The notes below the pieces were generated by a model. The model made no database searches and was not told the DNA's origin. It saw only the letters and a list, made by a program, of their open reading frames with translations. From the NCBI GenBank assembly GCA_046347475.1, contig JAXMGD010000003.1:453242-517241 (forward strand): 64,000 bases of DNA. Reading direction: 5' to 3'. Of this stretch, positions 9,997-19,924 are shown piece by piece (positions within the stretch are counted from its first letter, which is position 1; each line of letters opens with the position of its first letter). Both the position numbers and the translations under genes were made by a program. Source of the DNA: Marinagarivorans sp. (GTDB lineage Bacteria; Pseudomonadota; Gammaproteobacteria; Pseudomonadales; Cellvibrionaceae).

Positions 9997-11394
9997 ATGG
10001 CCAAACGCCGCGTACTGATAGTTGATGACTCCAAAACGGCCCAGGTACGCCTGCGCAAAATGCTTGAACGCTTCGATGTTGACGTTGATACGGTCAATTC
10101 GGCTGAAGAAGCCCTGGGGTATCTATCCTATCGTCAACCCAGCGTGATATTTCTGGATCACCACATGGAAGGCATGGATGGTTTGGCGGCGTTAAAAATT
10201 ATTAAAGCCAACCCCGGTACCGCGCTGATTCCGGTGATTATGTACACCTCCGAGCAGGGCGATGTGTATGTAGGCCAGGCGCGGGCCTTGGGGGCTTTGG
10301 ATATTATTTCCAAAGAAGTGATTAAACAGGTGGATTTAGAAAAGCTCATGGGCAGCTTGAATATCTACCTGATCGGCGCGGAGCCACCCGAGGATGAGCA
10401 GGCGCCCCACGCTACCACCCTCGATATAGTGGCTGACTTAGACGAGATGCCCATAGCGCCCGCCGCCAGCCTAGACGATTTACCCCCCGCCAATGATTTA
10501 GCCCGTGTGCAGTTACAAATTGGCCGCCTGTTTGAAATCCACATCGCCAAGGTGCGCCAGGAGATTGAAGACAGCACCAAGTTTTTGATGCGCAGGCTGT
10601 CTAAAGAAATTCAGGAGCGCGCGGCCAAACCCTATGTGCGCCCGGTTACTCCGGTGGCCAACCCTTCGAATGAGCCGCTGCCACCGATTGAGGTGGAAAC
10701 CGATAAAGAGCGCGGCATCTCCACCTTTATCCTCGCCTTGGTGCTGCTGGGTGTGGCGTTTTTGGGGTATCACCTCTACATCAACAATGCGCATTTGCAG
10801 ATGATTGCTGAGAAATACGATGTGTTACAGCAGCAAAACGCCAAGCAAGAAGCCCTCATTAACCGCTTGTTTGAACAGAGTGTGCGCGCCAAAAGCGACC
10901 CAGAATTAGACACTAATATGATGTTGGAAACTCTCAGCTGGGCCTCCAACATGAATAACCAAGTGGCGTTTGGCGAGCAGGCGCTTAACGACCAGCGCAT
11001 TTACCCGGTGGGGGAATTGGTCGGCGTGTTAAAAGCTGCTAATTTTGCGGGCACTGTGTATTTGGATATTCACCTGGGTAACTTCTGCGTGGTGGAAGAC
11101 CCCAGCGGGCGTTACATCTTGCCCGAGCCTGAGAGCAATATTGAAGACTGTGTGTTCCTGGCGGACAAACAACCGCAAGTGCCCCTGGATAGCCATATAT
11201 CGGTGGGATTTTTAAATTATGTTCACTCGGCGCCGGTGCTGACAGAAGGGCCGATTGAGCTGGAGTTCTCCATGCAGGGCTACAGCCAACCTAAGGCCAG
11301 TTACCCGCCTAAAACCTCCGGCACCAGCGCGGGGGATTGGAATGAAGCGGCGCGTAAGAATAATCGGGTGAGTTTTTCTTTTGCGCGCAAATAA
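9997..11394 (+). CDS. Response-regulator receiver protein with a predicted TM helix and an uncharacterised C-terminal domain
   Basis: N-terminal REC domain (RVLIVDDSKTAQ, phospho-acceptor Asp region IFLDHHM). One hydrophobic helix (ISTFILALVLLGVAFLGYHLYI). About 200 aa C-terminal region with no recognisable fold. Confidence 0.7.
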   Translation: MAKRRVLIVDDSKTAQVRLRKMLERFDVDVDTVNSAEEALGYLSYRQPSVIFLDHHMEGMDGLAALKIIKANPGTALIPVIMYTSEQGDVYVGQARALGALDIISKEVIKQVDLEKLMGSLNIYLIGAEPPEDEQAPHATTLDIVADLDEMPIAPAASLDDLPPANDLARVQLQIGRLFEIHIAKVRQEIEDSTKFLMRRLSKEIQERAAKPYVRPVTPVANPSNEPLPPIEVETDKERGISTFILALVLLGVAFLGYHLYINNAHLQMIAEKYDVLQQQNAKQEALINRLFEQSVRAKSDPELDTNMMLETLSWASNMNNQVAFGEQALNDQRIYPVGELVGVLKAANFAGTVYLDIHLGNFCVVEDPSGRYILPEPESNIEDCVFLADKQPQVPLDSHISVGFLNYVHSAPVLTEGPIELEFSMQGYSQPKASYPPKTSGTSAGDWNEAARKNNRVSFSFARK

Positions 11395-11599
11395 GCTTCT
11401 TTAGCCTCATCCGTATTGCGGGCGCGAGATGCGCTACGCAATGCGGTTGGGTTTTTCACCCTCCTACGCCCTCGCACCAATTTTCCTCCTCAATTAGCTG
11501 CTGCTCTAATACAGCCCTTGCTAGGCGCTTTGTCTTTCTTTATCTGTCTCGCGTAGGCGTATAGAAAAAGTAAGCCACTATGAGTAATTACTTCGCGGT

Positions 11600-11710
11600 G
11601 CAGCAGTAATGGATGCAGATTATTTCAGACCGTCAAAAAGAGGGACCTTTTTGACGAGCCTACACGGATGTATTCACGGCGTGTCTGAAATAATCTGCAT
11701 TCATTGCTGC
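11600..11710. repeat. Structured intergenic repeat, family A copy 1 (nested hairpins)
   Basis: Outer 30-bp inverted repeat gcagcagtaatggatgcagattatttcagac / gtctgaaataatctgcattcattgctgc. Inner hairpin cgtcaaaaag-agggacc-tttttgacg. Second copy at 56131-56232. Confidence 0.7.
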
Positions 11711-11789
11711 GGGTGAGATTTAAAGGATTCGTGGCACTCAAGCCCCTCCCGATTGTTTTCAGCCTGGGCTTGGGTTCCCAGGTCGCCCT

Positions 11790-11870
11790 GCCTCGATTTC
11801 ACTCCCGGTAGAAATTCTACCTCCCCCATCCTCGGGGTCGTTCTGCATCCATGCCGTCGTCCGCTTTTTT
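11790..11870. repeat. Intergenic repeat, family C copy 1
   Basis: cctcgatttcactcccggtagaaattctacctcccccatcctcggggtcgttctgcatccatgccgtcgtcc. About 85% identical to 37960-38045 and more diverged at 27125-27250. Confidence 0.6.
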
Positions 11871-11921
11871 TGCCAAATTCGCCTCGCCAGCACTTCGCCG
11901 CCTAGTTTTTTCAGGGCTTCC

Positions 11922-13412
11922 CTAAGCCTCCCGGCGCCAAAACTCCTCCTGCCGTGGCAGGGTTTGCACCATGGTGTCTATGGCTGCCGCTGTTTTGGAC
12001 AATTCCTGATGCAAAAGCGCCGCCGATAGATGTGCAACCTTAGGTGAGAGATGGCGTGGCCTTATGCCCATGCCTTCAAAAATAGCCAGCCAACTGCTGG
12101 GGCGAAATAGGTCATCGCTGCGCTCATCCATTAACCCTTGGGCGGTAAATAAGTCGATGCGCTCTTGCAGGCTGTCGCTGATGGGCAGGCTCTGGCAGTG
12201 GCGCCAAAAAGCGCTGTCTTGGCGCTGGCTTTTTACATAATGCAGCTGCACAAAATCCCGCACCTCGGCAAAGTCTTTATTCATGCGCAGGTTGTAGGCC
12301 CGCGCCAGGCTCGGGTCGCATTGTTTGTGGGGTAAAAAACGCAGGAAAAAATCCAACCCGCGGGTAATTAAATGAATGGCGGTGGCTTCCAACGGCTCGA
12401 TAAAGCCTGCGGCCAGGCCCAAGGCCAGGCAGTTGTGCTGCCAGAACACTTGCCGGTGGCCGGTGGCAAAGGGCAGCACACGGGCCTGTTGCTCATCAAG
12501 GGGCAGCTGCGCTGAGCTGCATAACTCCTGCAGGGCTTTGTCGTCGCTGATGAAATCGCTGGAGTACACATAACCCATGCCTGTGCGTGAGCGCAGGGGA
12601 ATGGCCCAGCGCCAACCGGCTAAGGAGGCTTTGGCTTGGGTGTACAGGTGCGGGCGTGTTTGCGCGGGGGCGCGCAGGGCTAAGGCACGGTTACAGGGTA
12701 AAAAGCGCGACCAGTCGCACAGGGGCACTTTGAGAATCTGCCCGAACAAGAGGCTGTGAAAGCCGCTGCAATCGATAAAAAAATCGGCCCGGTGTTCGCT
12801 GCCATCTTCCAATAACAGGGCTTGCACAAACCCGCTGTCATCTTGCCGGGCGCCTACGACCCTGGCTGCTTGGGCGCTAAACGGGCGGTTCGCGCAGCGC
12901 TGCTTTAAGGCGGTCACTAGGCGCTCGGCATCCACATGCAGAGCGTAGTTGGCGCCGCCGATGGGGGTGTGTTGAGCCAGTTGGGGCGGGAAAAATCGCG
13001 CGTGCTGTGCCATCACCTGGCAGGGCGAAAACGCTTCCAGCGGCGCCACCGGGCCGTGTTCCTGGGCTTTTAACCAGCAGGGGTAAAAGTCCTGGCGCAA
13101 GATTTTGGCGCCGGTGCTGCCAAAGGGGTGAAAAAACCGCGAGTGTTTAACTCGCCAATCCACAAACTCGATGCCTAATTTGTAGGTGGCATCGGTCTGC
13201 TGCATAAATTGGGTTTCATCCAGCCCAAGGGATTTAATTAGGCCTACAAAAGGCGGCACGGTGGACTCCCCTAGGCCAATAGTGCCTATGTCGGGGGATT
13301 CAATTAAATGTATATGGCACTGCTCGCCGATCTCTTGGCTGAGAATGGCGGCGGCCAGCCAGCCTGCGGTGCCGCCGCCGAGAATAGTGATGGAGGTTAG
13401 GGGTTGCGACAT
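11922..13412 (-). CDS. Flavin-dependent tryptophan-halogenase-family protein
   Basis: N-terminal FAD motif ILGGGTAGW and the halogenase signature GWRWAIPL (WxWxIP). 496 aa. Confidence 0.75.
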   Translation of the reverse strand: MSQPLTSITILGGGTAGWLAAAILSQEIGEQCHIHLIESPDIGTIGLGESTVPPFVGLIKSLGLDETQFMQQTDATYKLGIEFVDWRVKHSRFFHPFGSTGAKILRQDFYPCWLKAQEHGPVAPLEAFSPCQVMAQHARFFPPQLAQHTPIGGANYALHVDAERLVTALKQRCANRPFSAQAARVVGARQDDSGFVQALLLEDGSEHRADFFIDCSGFHSLLFGQILKVPLCDWSRFLPCNRALALRAPAQTRPHLYTQAKASLAGWRWAIPLRSRTGMGYVYSSDFISDDKALQELCSSAQLPLDEQQARVLPFATGHRQVFWQHNCLALGLAAGFIEPLEATAIHLITRGLDFFLRFLPHKQCDPSLARAYNLRMNKDFAEVRDFVQLHYVKSQRQDSAFWRHCQSLPISDSLQERIDLFTAQGLMDERSDDLFRPSSWLAIFEGMGIRPRHLSPKVAHLSAALLHQELSKTAAAIDTMVQTLPRQEEFWRREA

Positions 13413-13446
13413 AACACGGCAGCCAAGTGGAAAAGGGGCAGCGGAT

Positions 13447-14409
13447 TTACCATCGGTAATAATCCGCTAGTGCATTAGAGTCGTCCTGTTCCTGCCAATG
13501 GGTGAAATCCCAAAAAACACTGCAGGAGGTAATTAAGGCCCGCTTGAGGGCATCTATTGCGCGGTGCCTGGGGAAGTTACTGCGCCAGTGCAGATACAAG
13601 GGCCTTTGGGGCGCCGGTGTCACCGGCAGCCAGGCCAAAAATTGGTTTTGCGCCACCGCCGCCTGGGCGGAGGATTTGGGCAGCAAGGTCACGGCTAAAT
13701 CCGCCGCCGTCACCTGCTTGAGCAGCTCAGTCCCTACGGTTGCCAGGCTGATTGATTTAAGCCCCATCTGCTGCAGGCAGGCCACCAGTGCGCTATCAGC
13801 GGCGGGAATTTGCAGGCGCTCGGCAATCTGCTCAAGGCTCAAGCAGGTTTGGGTATGAAAGGGATGTTGGCTTGGCAACAGGGCCACATAGGCCTCATCG
13901 GCGAGTTTGAGGGAGACAGTATCCGGCGCTTCGATGGGCTGGCAGTTGAGCAATGTGTCGATTTCCCCCGTGCGCAGATTGGCCACCAGGGCGCTGCTGT
14001 CCGCCTCCTGCAGCACCAGGGGCATCTGCGGCGCCAGCCACTTTAAGTGGCCGAGCACTTGGGGCAGCCACTCAGGCGCCAGTCCCTGTTGCACGCCGAG
14101 TTTTAAGGGCCCGTGCAGGTGATCGCCCAATTGCTGAGCCAGGTCTTTCATGGTTTGCACCTGGCCGAGGGCGACCTGAGCGCAGTGTAAAAGCGGTTCG
14201 GCCTGGGGCAATAAACGCACGCCGAGCTTGCTGCGCTCGAATAACTCAAGCCCCAAGGCGGCTTCGAGTTTTTTAATGCCCATACTTAAATTCGGCTGGC
14301 TCACATGGCACAGCGCAGCGGCTTTACCAAAATGTTGGGTTTTGGCCAGGGCGATAAAAAAGCGCAGTTCGTTGAGTGTCATGGGCGGGCAAAAGGCTAA
14401 GTGTGCCAA
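13447..14409 (-). CDS. LysR-family transcriptional regulator
   Basis: HTH region LNELRFFIALAKTQHFGKAAALCHVSQPNLSMGIKKLE. Likely true start at the internal Met (MTLNEL, about 14382). Confidence 0.8.
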   Translation of the reverse strand: MAHLAFCPPMTLNELRFFIALAKTQHFGKAAALCHVSQPNLSMGIKKLEAALGLELFERSKLGVRLLPQAEPLLHCAQVALGQVQTMKDLAQQLGDHLHGPLKLGVQQGLAPEWLPQVLGHLKWLAPQMPLVLQEADSSALVANLRTGEIDTLLNCQPIEAPDTVSLKLADEAYVALLPSQHPFHTQTCLSLEQIAERLQIPAADSALVACLQQMGLKSISLATVGTELLKQVTAADLAVTLLPKSSAQAAVAQNQFLAWLPVTPAPQRPLYLHWRSNFPRHRAIDALKRALITSCSVFWDFTHWQEQDDSNALADYYRW

Positions 14410-14520
14410 GTTCCGCCGCCAAACGCGAGGCGCCTAAAAATGTTTTGCAACGCGCTTAAAAAAACACGGCGCCAGGCTCAAGGCGCTCGTCCCGAAAGCG
14501 TTTAGAGCCAGGGTGGAATA

Positions 14521-14877
14521 TTAGTGGCTAATCATCCAAGGCCTGGCCGAGGGAAACATTTTTTCGCCCTGGGCTGTGTACAGCAGTGTGCGGGATTTTT
14601 TGTTTTGGCAGCCGCAGCCTTTTTTATGCTGATGATCATCCTCCCTGCGCGCTTTGCTAGAGAACTCCGGCGCGTGTTGGGCTTTTTCATTTAAGGCATG
14701 GGCTTTTTTAACTTCAGCAGGCAGCGTAAACAGCGCAGGATTCACCATAATTACCCGAGGCGATTGTGCGGCGCAGGTGGGGCACGCATTAGGCAGATGA
14801 GCCTCTTCCATAGTGGCCAGTTCAAAAAATAAACCGTGTTCGGCGCATTTATATTCATAGACGGGCATAGAGAACAT
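14521..14877 (-). CDS. fmdB: FmdB-family zinc-ribbon putative regulatory protein
   Basis: MPVYEYKCAEHG...CPTC, a CxxC...CxxC zinc ribbon typical of FmdB. Immediately downstream of the formamidase gene. Confidence 0.65.
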   Translation of the reverse strand: MFSMPVYEYKCAEHGLFFELATMEEAHLPNACPTCAAQSPRVIMVNPALFTLPAEVKKAHALNEKAQHAPEFSSKARREDDHQHKKGCGCQNKKSRTLLYTAQGEKMFPSARPWMISH

Positions 14878-14972
14878 TCTCCCCTGACAGGTTTTGCATC
14901 ACATAATAAAAAGGGGAAGTCGGCAGCTAAACTAATACAGCGAGCAAAAACCACCGAGCTTCCCGAAACCGT

Positions 14973-16202
14973 TTATTTATCTGGCGAGAGCGGAATATCC
15001 ACTGAGCCATCCAGCATTTTCTTCGGCCCATCGGCATTGGGCTTAATATCAAAGGCAAAAATATCCGTCGGCAGCCAGAGCGTTGCACAGGCATTGGGAA
15101 TATCCACCACGCCGCTAATATGCCCCTGCACCGGTGCCGTGCCTAAAATGGCATAGGCCTGTGCTTTGGAATATCCAAATTTGGTCATGTATTCAATGGC
15201 ATTTAAACAGGCTTGGCGGTAGGCGATGTGTACATCCAAATAATGTTGCTTGCCTTTTTCATCCACCGAAATACCTTCAAAAATCAAATAATCATCGTAT
15301 TTGGGGGTGATGGGGCTGGGTTTAAATACGGGGTTTTTAATGCCGTATTTTTTCACGCCATCTTTAATTAAATTTACCCGCAGGTGAATCCAACCGGCCA
15401 TTTCAATGGCGCCGCAAAAAGTGATTTCGCCATCGCCCTGGCTAAAATGTAAATCGCCCACGGATAGGCCGCCGCCTTTTACATACACAGGGAAATACAC
15501 CTTAGCGCCGCGCGATAAGTCTTTAATATCGCAATTGCCGCCGTGCTCCCGCGGCGGCACAGTGCGGGCGCCTTCGGCCGCCGCTGCTTTGGCGGCATCA
15601 CCTTTTAATTTACCCATATGGGCGGTTTCGGCATAGGGCAGGGCAGCCAGGGGCGGTGTGCGTTCAGGCTCGGTATCAAACAGGGCTTTTTCCCGCGCGT
15701 TCCACTCAGCCAACATTTCTTTCGACGGCAGGCAGCCGATTAAACCTGGGTGAATTAAACCGGCAAATTCCACCCCTGGCACATGACGGGAGCTGGTAAA
15801 CATGCCGTTAAAATCCCAAATGGATTTTTGCGCTTCAGGAAAATGTTCGGTTAAAAAGCCGCCGCCATTTTTCTTGGAGAAAAAACCGTTAAAACCCCAG
15901 AGGCTATTGGAAAACGCCCCTATATCTAAAATATCCACCACCAATAAATCGCCGGGCTCAGCGCCTTCAACCCCCACCGGGCCGGTGAGAAAGTGCACCT
16001 GGCTTAGGTCTACATCGCGCACATCATCGGCGTTGTCATTGTTAGCGATCTGCCCGCCGGTCCAGTCGTAACACTCCAAAATAAAATCATCGCCGGGTTT
16101 TACCATGGCGGCCATGGGAATATCCGGGTGCCAGCGGTTGTGAATGCCTTCGTTATCATAGGGTGAAGTGGATAAATCAACTTTTATTAGTGTTTCTGTC
16201 AT
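14973..16202 (-). CDS. fmdA: Formamidase/acetamidase (FmdA_AmdA family)
   Basis: 409 aa, matching the size and motifs of FmdA/AmdA amidohydrolases. Sits in an operon with urt-like ABC genes and fmdB. Confidence 0.75.
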   Translation of the reverse strand: MTETLIKVDLSTSPYDNEGIHNRWHPDIPMAAMVKPGDDFILECYDWTGGQIANNDNADDVRDVDLSQVHFLTGPVGVEGAEPGDLLVVDILDIGAFSNSLWGFNGFFSKKNGGGFLTEHFPEAQKSIWDFNGMFTSSRHVPGVEFAGLIHPGLIGCLPSKEMLAEWNAREKALFDTEPERTPPLAALPYAETAHMGKLKGDAAKAAAAEGARTVPPREHGGNCDIKDLSRGAKVYFPVYVKGGGLSVGDLHFSQGDGEITFCGAIEMAGWIHLRVNLIKDGVKKYGIKNPVFKPSPITPKYDDYLIFEGISVDEKGKQHYLDVHIAYRQACLNAIEYMTKFGYSKAQAYAILGTAPVQGHISGVVDIPNACATLWLPTDIFAFDIKPNADGPKKMLDGSVDIPLSPDK

Positions 16203-16245
16203 AACAAAACCCTCTGGGTTGGCGGGAATTTACTGTGTGTCTAAA

Positions 16246-16935
16246 TTAAACAGAAAGATAAGAAGCGATTTGCGCCTCGTTCACTTCGCTGCGCAATTGG
16301 TTTTTAACAATAATGCCTTTTTCCATCACTAAAATGCGATCGGCAATGTCTAAGGCAAAACTCAACACCTGTTCAGAGACCAAAATAGAAATACCTTTTT
16401 GATCGCGAATTTTTTTGAGGGTGTTGCCCATGTCCTTAATAATATTGGGCTGAATGCCCTCGGTGGGTTCATCCAAAATTAATACCTTGGGCTCGGTGGC
16501 GAGCGCCCGGGCTATGGCCAATTGTTGTTGCTGGCCACCGGATAAATTACCGCCCCGGCGCGCTTTCATCTCCTCCAAAACGGGAAACATCTCGTAAAGG
16601 TATTTGGGGATGCTCGTATTGCGGCCAGTGGCAAGGCCAGTTTGAATATTTTCTTGCACCGTCATGGTGGAAAAAATCATCCGCCCTTGGGGCACAAACG
16701 CAATGCCTGCACCTATGCGCTCATAACTTTTTAATTTAGAGACATTTAAACCATCTAAAATAATCTGCCCGGCTTTATGGGCGATCATGCCCACCAAGGA
16801 TTTCATCAGGGTGGTTTTGCCCATGCCATTGCGGCCCACCACGGCGACAATTTCATTTTTGCCTACAGAAAAATCAATGCCGTGGATCACTTCACTTTGG
16901 CCGTAGCTGACGGTGTAATCGCTGAGACTTAACAT
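16246..16935 (-). CDS. urtE: Urea/short-chain-amide ABC transporter ATPase (UrtE-like)
   Basis: Walker A GRNGMGKTT and ABC signature LSGGQQQ. 229 aa. Last gene of a five-gene ABC cluster. Confidence 0.75.
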   Translation of the reverse strand: MLSLSDYTVSYGQSEVIHGIDFSVGKNEIVAVVGRNGMGKTTLMKSLVGMIAHKAGQIILDGLNVSKLKSYERIGAGIAFVPQGRMIFSTMTVQENIQTGLATGRNTSIPKYLYEMFPVLEEMKARRGGNLSGGQQQQLAIARALATEPKVLILDEPTEGIQPNIIKDMGNTLKKIRDQKGISILVSEQVLSFALDIADRILVMEKGIIVKNQLRSEVNEAQIASYLSV

Positions 16936-16945
16936 AGAGTTCCCC

Positions 16946-17692
16946 TTAGTGACCGAGATAAACTTCTTTGACTTTTGGATCGTTTTTCACTTTCTCCATA
17001 GAGCCTTCAGAGAGCACCTTACCCTGGTGCATCACGGTGACTCGGTCGGCTATATCCTCCACAAATTGCATATCGTGCTCTACCACTAAAACCGAATGGT
17101 TTTTGGTAATGCGGTGTAATAACTCAGCGGTTTGTTTGCGCTCGGCGATGGACATGCCCGCCACCGGCTCATCGAGCATGAGCAGTTTAGGTTTTTGAAT
17201 TAATAACATGCCAATTTCCAACCACTGTTTTTGGCCGTGACTTAACAAACCCGCGGTTTTATACAGGCTATCCTGCAAAAAAATCATCGCGGCGGTTTCT
17301 TCTACACTTTGAATCACCTCCGCATCGCGTTTAAACGCCAGGGCGCCAAACACACTGTGGCCGCGCGGGAAGGAAATTTCTAAGTTTTCAAACACGGTTA
17401 AATCATCGTAAATAGACGGGTTTTGAAATTTGCGCCCCACCCCTGCATGCACTATGGCGTGCTCGCGCAGGCGGGTAAGTTCCTTGCCTCTAAATTTAAT
17501 GGAGCCGGAGGAGGCGCGGGTTTTACCGCAAATTAAATCCAGCACAGTGGTTTTACCTGCGCCATTCGGGCCAATAATCACGCGGATTTCGCCTTCATCT
17601 ACATAAAGGGATAAATCATTGACCGCTTTAAACCCGTCGAAGGAAACCGTCAGGCCTTCAATACTCAACAAAAAATCTTGGCTCATATTCAA
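16946..17692 (-). CDS. urtD: Urea/short-chain-amide ABC transporter ATPase (UrtD-like)
   Basis: Walker A GPNGAGKTT and signature LSHGQKQ. 248 aa. Confidence 0.75.
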   Translation of the reverse strand: MNMSQDFLLSIEGLTVSFDGFKAVNDLSLYVDEGEIRVIIGPNGAGKTTVLDLICGKTRASSGSIKFRGKELTRLREHAIVHAGVGRKFQNPSIYDDLTVFENLEISFPRGHSVFGALAFKRDAEVIQSVEETAAMIFLQDSLYKTAGLLSHGQKQWLEIGMLLIQKPKLLMLDEPVAGMSIAERKQTAELLHRITKNHSVLVVEHDMQFVEDIADRVTVMHQGKVLSEGSMEKVKNDPKVKEVYLGH

Positions 17693-17697
17693 GTCTC

Positions 17698-18852
17698 CTA
17701 GTGGGCGCTGGTGATAACAGGTTTAGTGGCTTTTGGCTTGCCCAGTTGCCCTAAAACGCCTGCCAGTTTTGGCGCTGCATAGGTTTGGTAAATACCGGCT
17801 AAACCATTGGGAAAGGCCATCACCACCGCAATAAACAAAGCGCCCATGGCGAATAACCACAGCTCAGGGAAGGATTCGGAAAAGGCGGTTTTAGAAAAAT
17901 TAATTAATAAGGTGCCGTATACAGCGCCTAAAATAGATAACCTGCCGCCTACGGCGCAGAAAATAACCATTTCAATGGAGGGCACTATGCCCACAAACGA
18001 AGGCGACATAAAACCCACTTGCAAGGTAAACATGGCGCCGCCTATAGCCGAAAATGTGGCCGCCAGGCAGAAAATAAATATTTTAAAGCTGGACACGTCA
18101 TAGCCGGAAAACCGCACCCTATCTTCCCGCTCGCGCATGGCCACCAATAAACGGCCGAATTTACTGGTGCGCACCCACTGAGCCGCTAGCAGGCAAAGTA
18201 TTAACAGCCCGGCGTTGACGAAATAAAGAATATTTTTAGCGCTATCCGTGCGTATATCCCAGCCTAAAAAAGTGCGTAAATCAGTAATGCCATTGACGCC
18301 GCCGGTATAACCCTGCTGGCCAATAATTAAAATGGTTAAAATAGAGGCGACCGCTTGGGTAATAATCGCGAAATAAACACCGCCCACGCGGCGCTTAAAC
18401 ATGGCCACACCAATAATATACGCAAATAAAGCGGGCAAAAATAATACGGCTAAGAGTGTAAAGGGTAGGCTGTGGAAGGGCTCCCAAAAAGCCGGTAAGG
18501 CGGTAATTTGGTTCCAGTCCATAAAGTCTGGAATGCCAGGCGTAGATTGAATTTTGGTGCTTTCAGGGTCAGAGGATTCGAGTTTTAAAAACATCGCCAT
18601 GCAGTAGCCGCCGATGCCAAAAAATACCCCTTGCCCCAGGCTTAAAATACCGCCATAACCCCAACATAAAACCAAACCCACCGCCACAAACGCGTAGGTT
18701 AGGTATTTACCCACCATGTTCAGACGGAAGGCATCTAAAAATAAGGGAAAAACAACTAATAAAATAACCGCTAACACCAAAAAGCCAATAAGGTCATTTT
18801 TGGGCATAAATGAACTAGTACTTGATGACAACATAAACCACCCCGTGTGCAA
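17698..18852 (-). CDS. urtC: ABC transporter permease (UrtC-like, branched-chain-amino-acid permease family)
   Basis: 384 aa polytopic membrane protein of the LivM/UrtC type. Confidence 0.7.
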   Translation of the reverse strand: MHTGWFMLSSSTSSFMPKNDLIGFLVLAVILLVVFPLFLDAFRLNMVGKYLTYAFVAVGLVLCWGYGGILSLGQGVFFGIGGYCMAMFLKLESSDPESTKIQSTPGIPDFMDWNQITALPAFWEPFHSLPFTLLAVLFLPALFAYIIGVAMFKRRVGGVYFAIITQAVASILTILIIGQQGYTGGVNGITDLRTFLGWDIRTDSAKNILYFVNAGLLILCLLAAQWVRTSKFGRLLVAMREREDRVRFSGYDVSSFKIFIFCLAATFSAIGGAMFTLQVGFMSPSFVGIVPSIEMVIFCAVGGRLSILGAVYGTLLINFSKTAFSESFPELWLFAMGALFIAVVMAFPNGLAGIYQTYAAPKLAGVLGQLGKPKATKPVITSAH

Positions 18853-18922
18853 TGGATAGCGATTAACGCTCTACAGGAGCCGGGCATTAATCGCTATTTG
18901 GCAAGTTAAATCGGCAGAATTT

Positions 18923-19864
18923 TTAGTGATGACGCATGCGCAGTGCGAACAAACCCTGCGGCCTGAGCATGAGAATAATGACAATGGCCAGCAGCGTGAG
19001 CACTTTGGACATAGAGCCACTCATAAAAAACTCCATGGTGGATTGTGCTTGAGAAATGGTAAACGCCGATGCAATGGTGCCTAATAAACTGGAGGCGCCG
19101 CCAAATACCACCACTAAAAAGGTATCCACTATATAAAGCTGGCCTGAGGTGGGGCCGGTGGAGCCGATCATGGTAAATGCGCTGCCTGCAACACCGGCAA
19201 TTGCACAACCTAATGCAAATGTCATGGCATCTACTTTGTGTGTATTAATACCCACCGCTGCCGCCATGGGGCGATTCTGCACCACCGCGCGCACTTGTCC
19301 GCCAGAGCGCGAGCGATACATCCAGTAATAAACAGCGAGGGAAATAAATAGGGTTAACACCATAACAAAAATGCCGTTGATGGGAATTTCAATGGAATCG
19401 GTCGGGTGCAGCGAACCCATCATCCACTCCGGCAAACTCACACCCACTTCGCGGGCGCCAAATACTGAGCGGTAGGTTTGCTGCATAATTAAACTTAAAC
19501 CCCAGGTGGCCAATAAGGTATCCAAGGGCCGTTTATATAAGTGCCGGATCATCACCCGTTCGATTAAATAGCCCAGGGCGCCGGCGGCAAAAAAGGCCAC
19601 AATCATCGCCACAAAAAAGTAGGCGGAAAACAAACTCGGCAAGTAGGTGGAAAACAGATTCGAAACTAAATAGGTAATATAGGCGCCGAGAATCATAAAT
19701 TCCCCGTGGGCCATATTAATTACGCCCATCTGGCCAAAAATAATGGCAAGGCCCAAGGCCATAAGCACAAAAACCGAAAAAAGACTTAAGCCTGCAAACC
19801 CTTGCATGGCAAAAATAGATAATAACTCTGCTGTTGAATAATCACCGAACATAAACCACCCCAC
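18923..19864 (-). CDS. urtB: ABC transporter permease (UrtB-like, LivH family)
   Basis: 313 aa polytopic membrane protein. Operon position between the binding protein and the second permease. Confidence 0.7.
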   Translation of the reverse strand: MGWFMFGDYSTAELLSIFAMQGFAGLSLFSVFVLMALGLAIIFGQMGVINMAHGEFMILGAYITYLVSNLFSTYLPSLFSAYFFVAMIVAFFAAGALGYLIERVMIRHLYKRPLDTLLATWGLSLIMQQTYRSVFGAREVGVSLPEWMMGSLHPTDSIEIPINGIFVMVLTLFISLAVYYWMYRSRSGGQVRAVVQNRPMAAAVGINTHKVDAMTFALGCAIAGVAGSAFTMIGSTGPTSGQLYIVDTFLVVVFGGASSLLGTIASAFTISQAQSTMEFFMSGSMSKVLTLLAIVIILMLRPQGLFALRMRHH

Positions 19865-19924
19865 TAATTGTGATTAAAAAAGCCGGAACATCGGGTGCAG
19901 AACGACTTCTGCACCCGAAAACTC

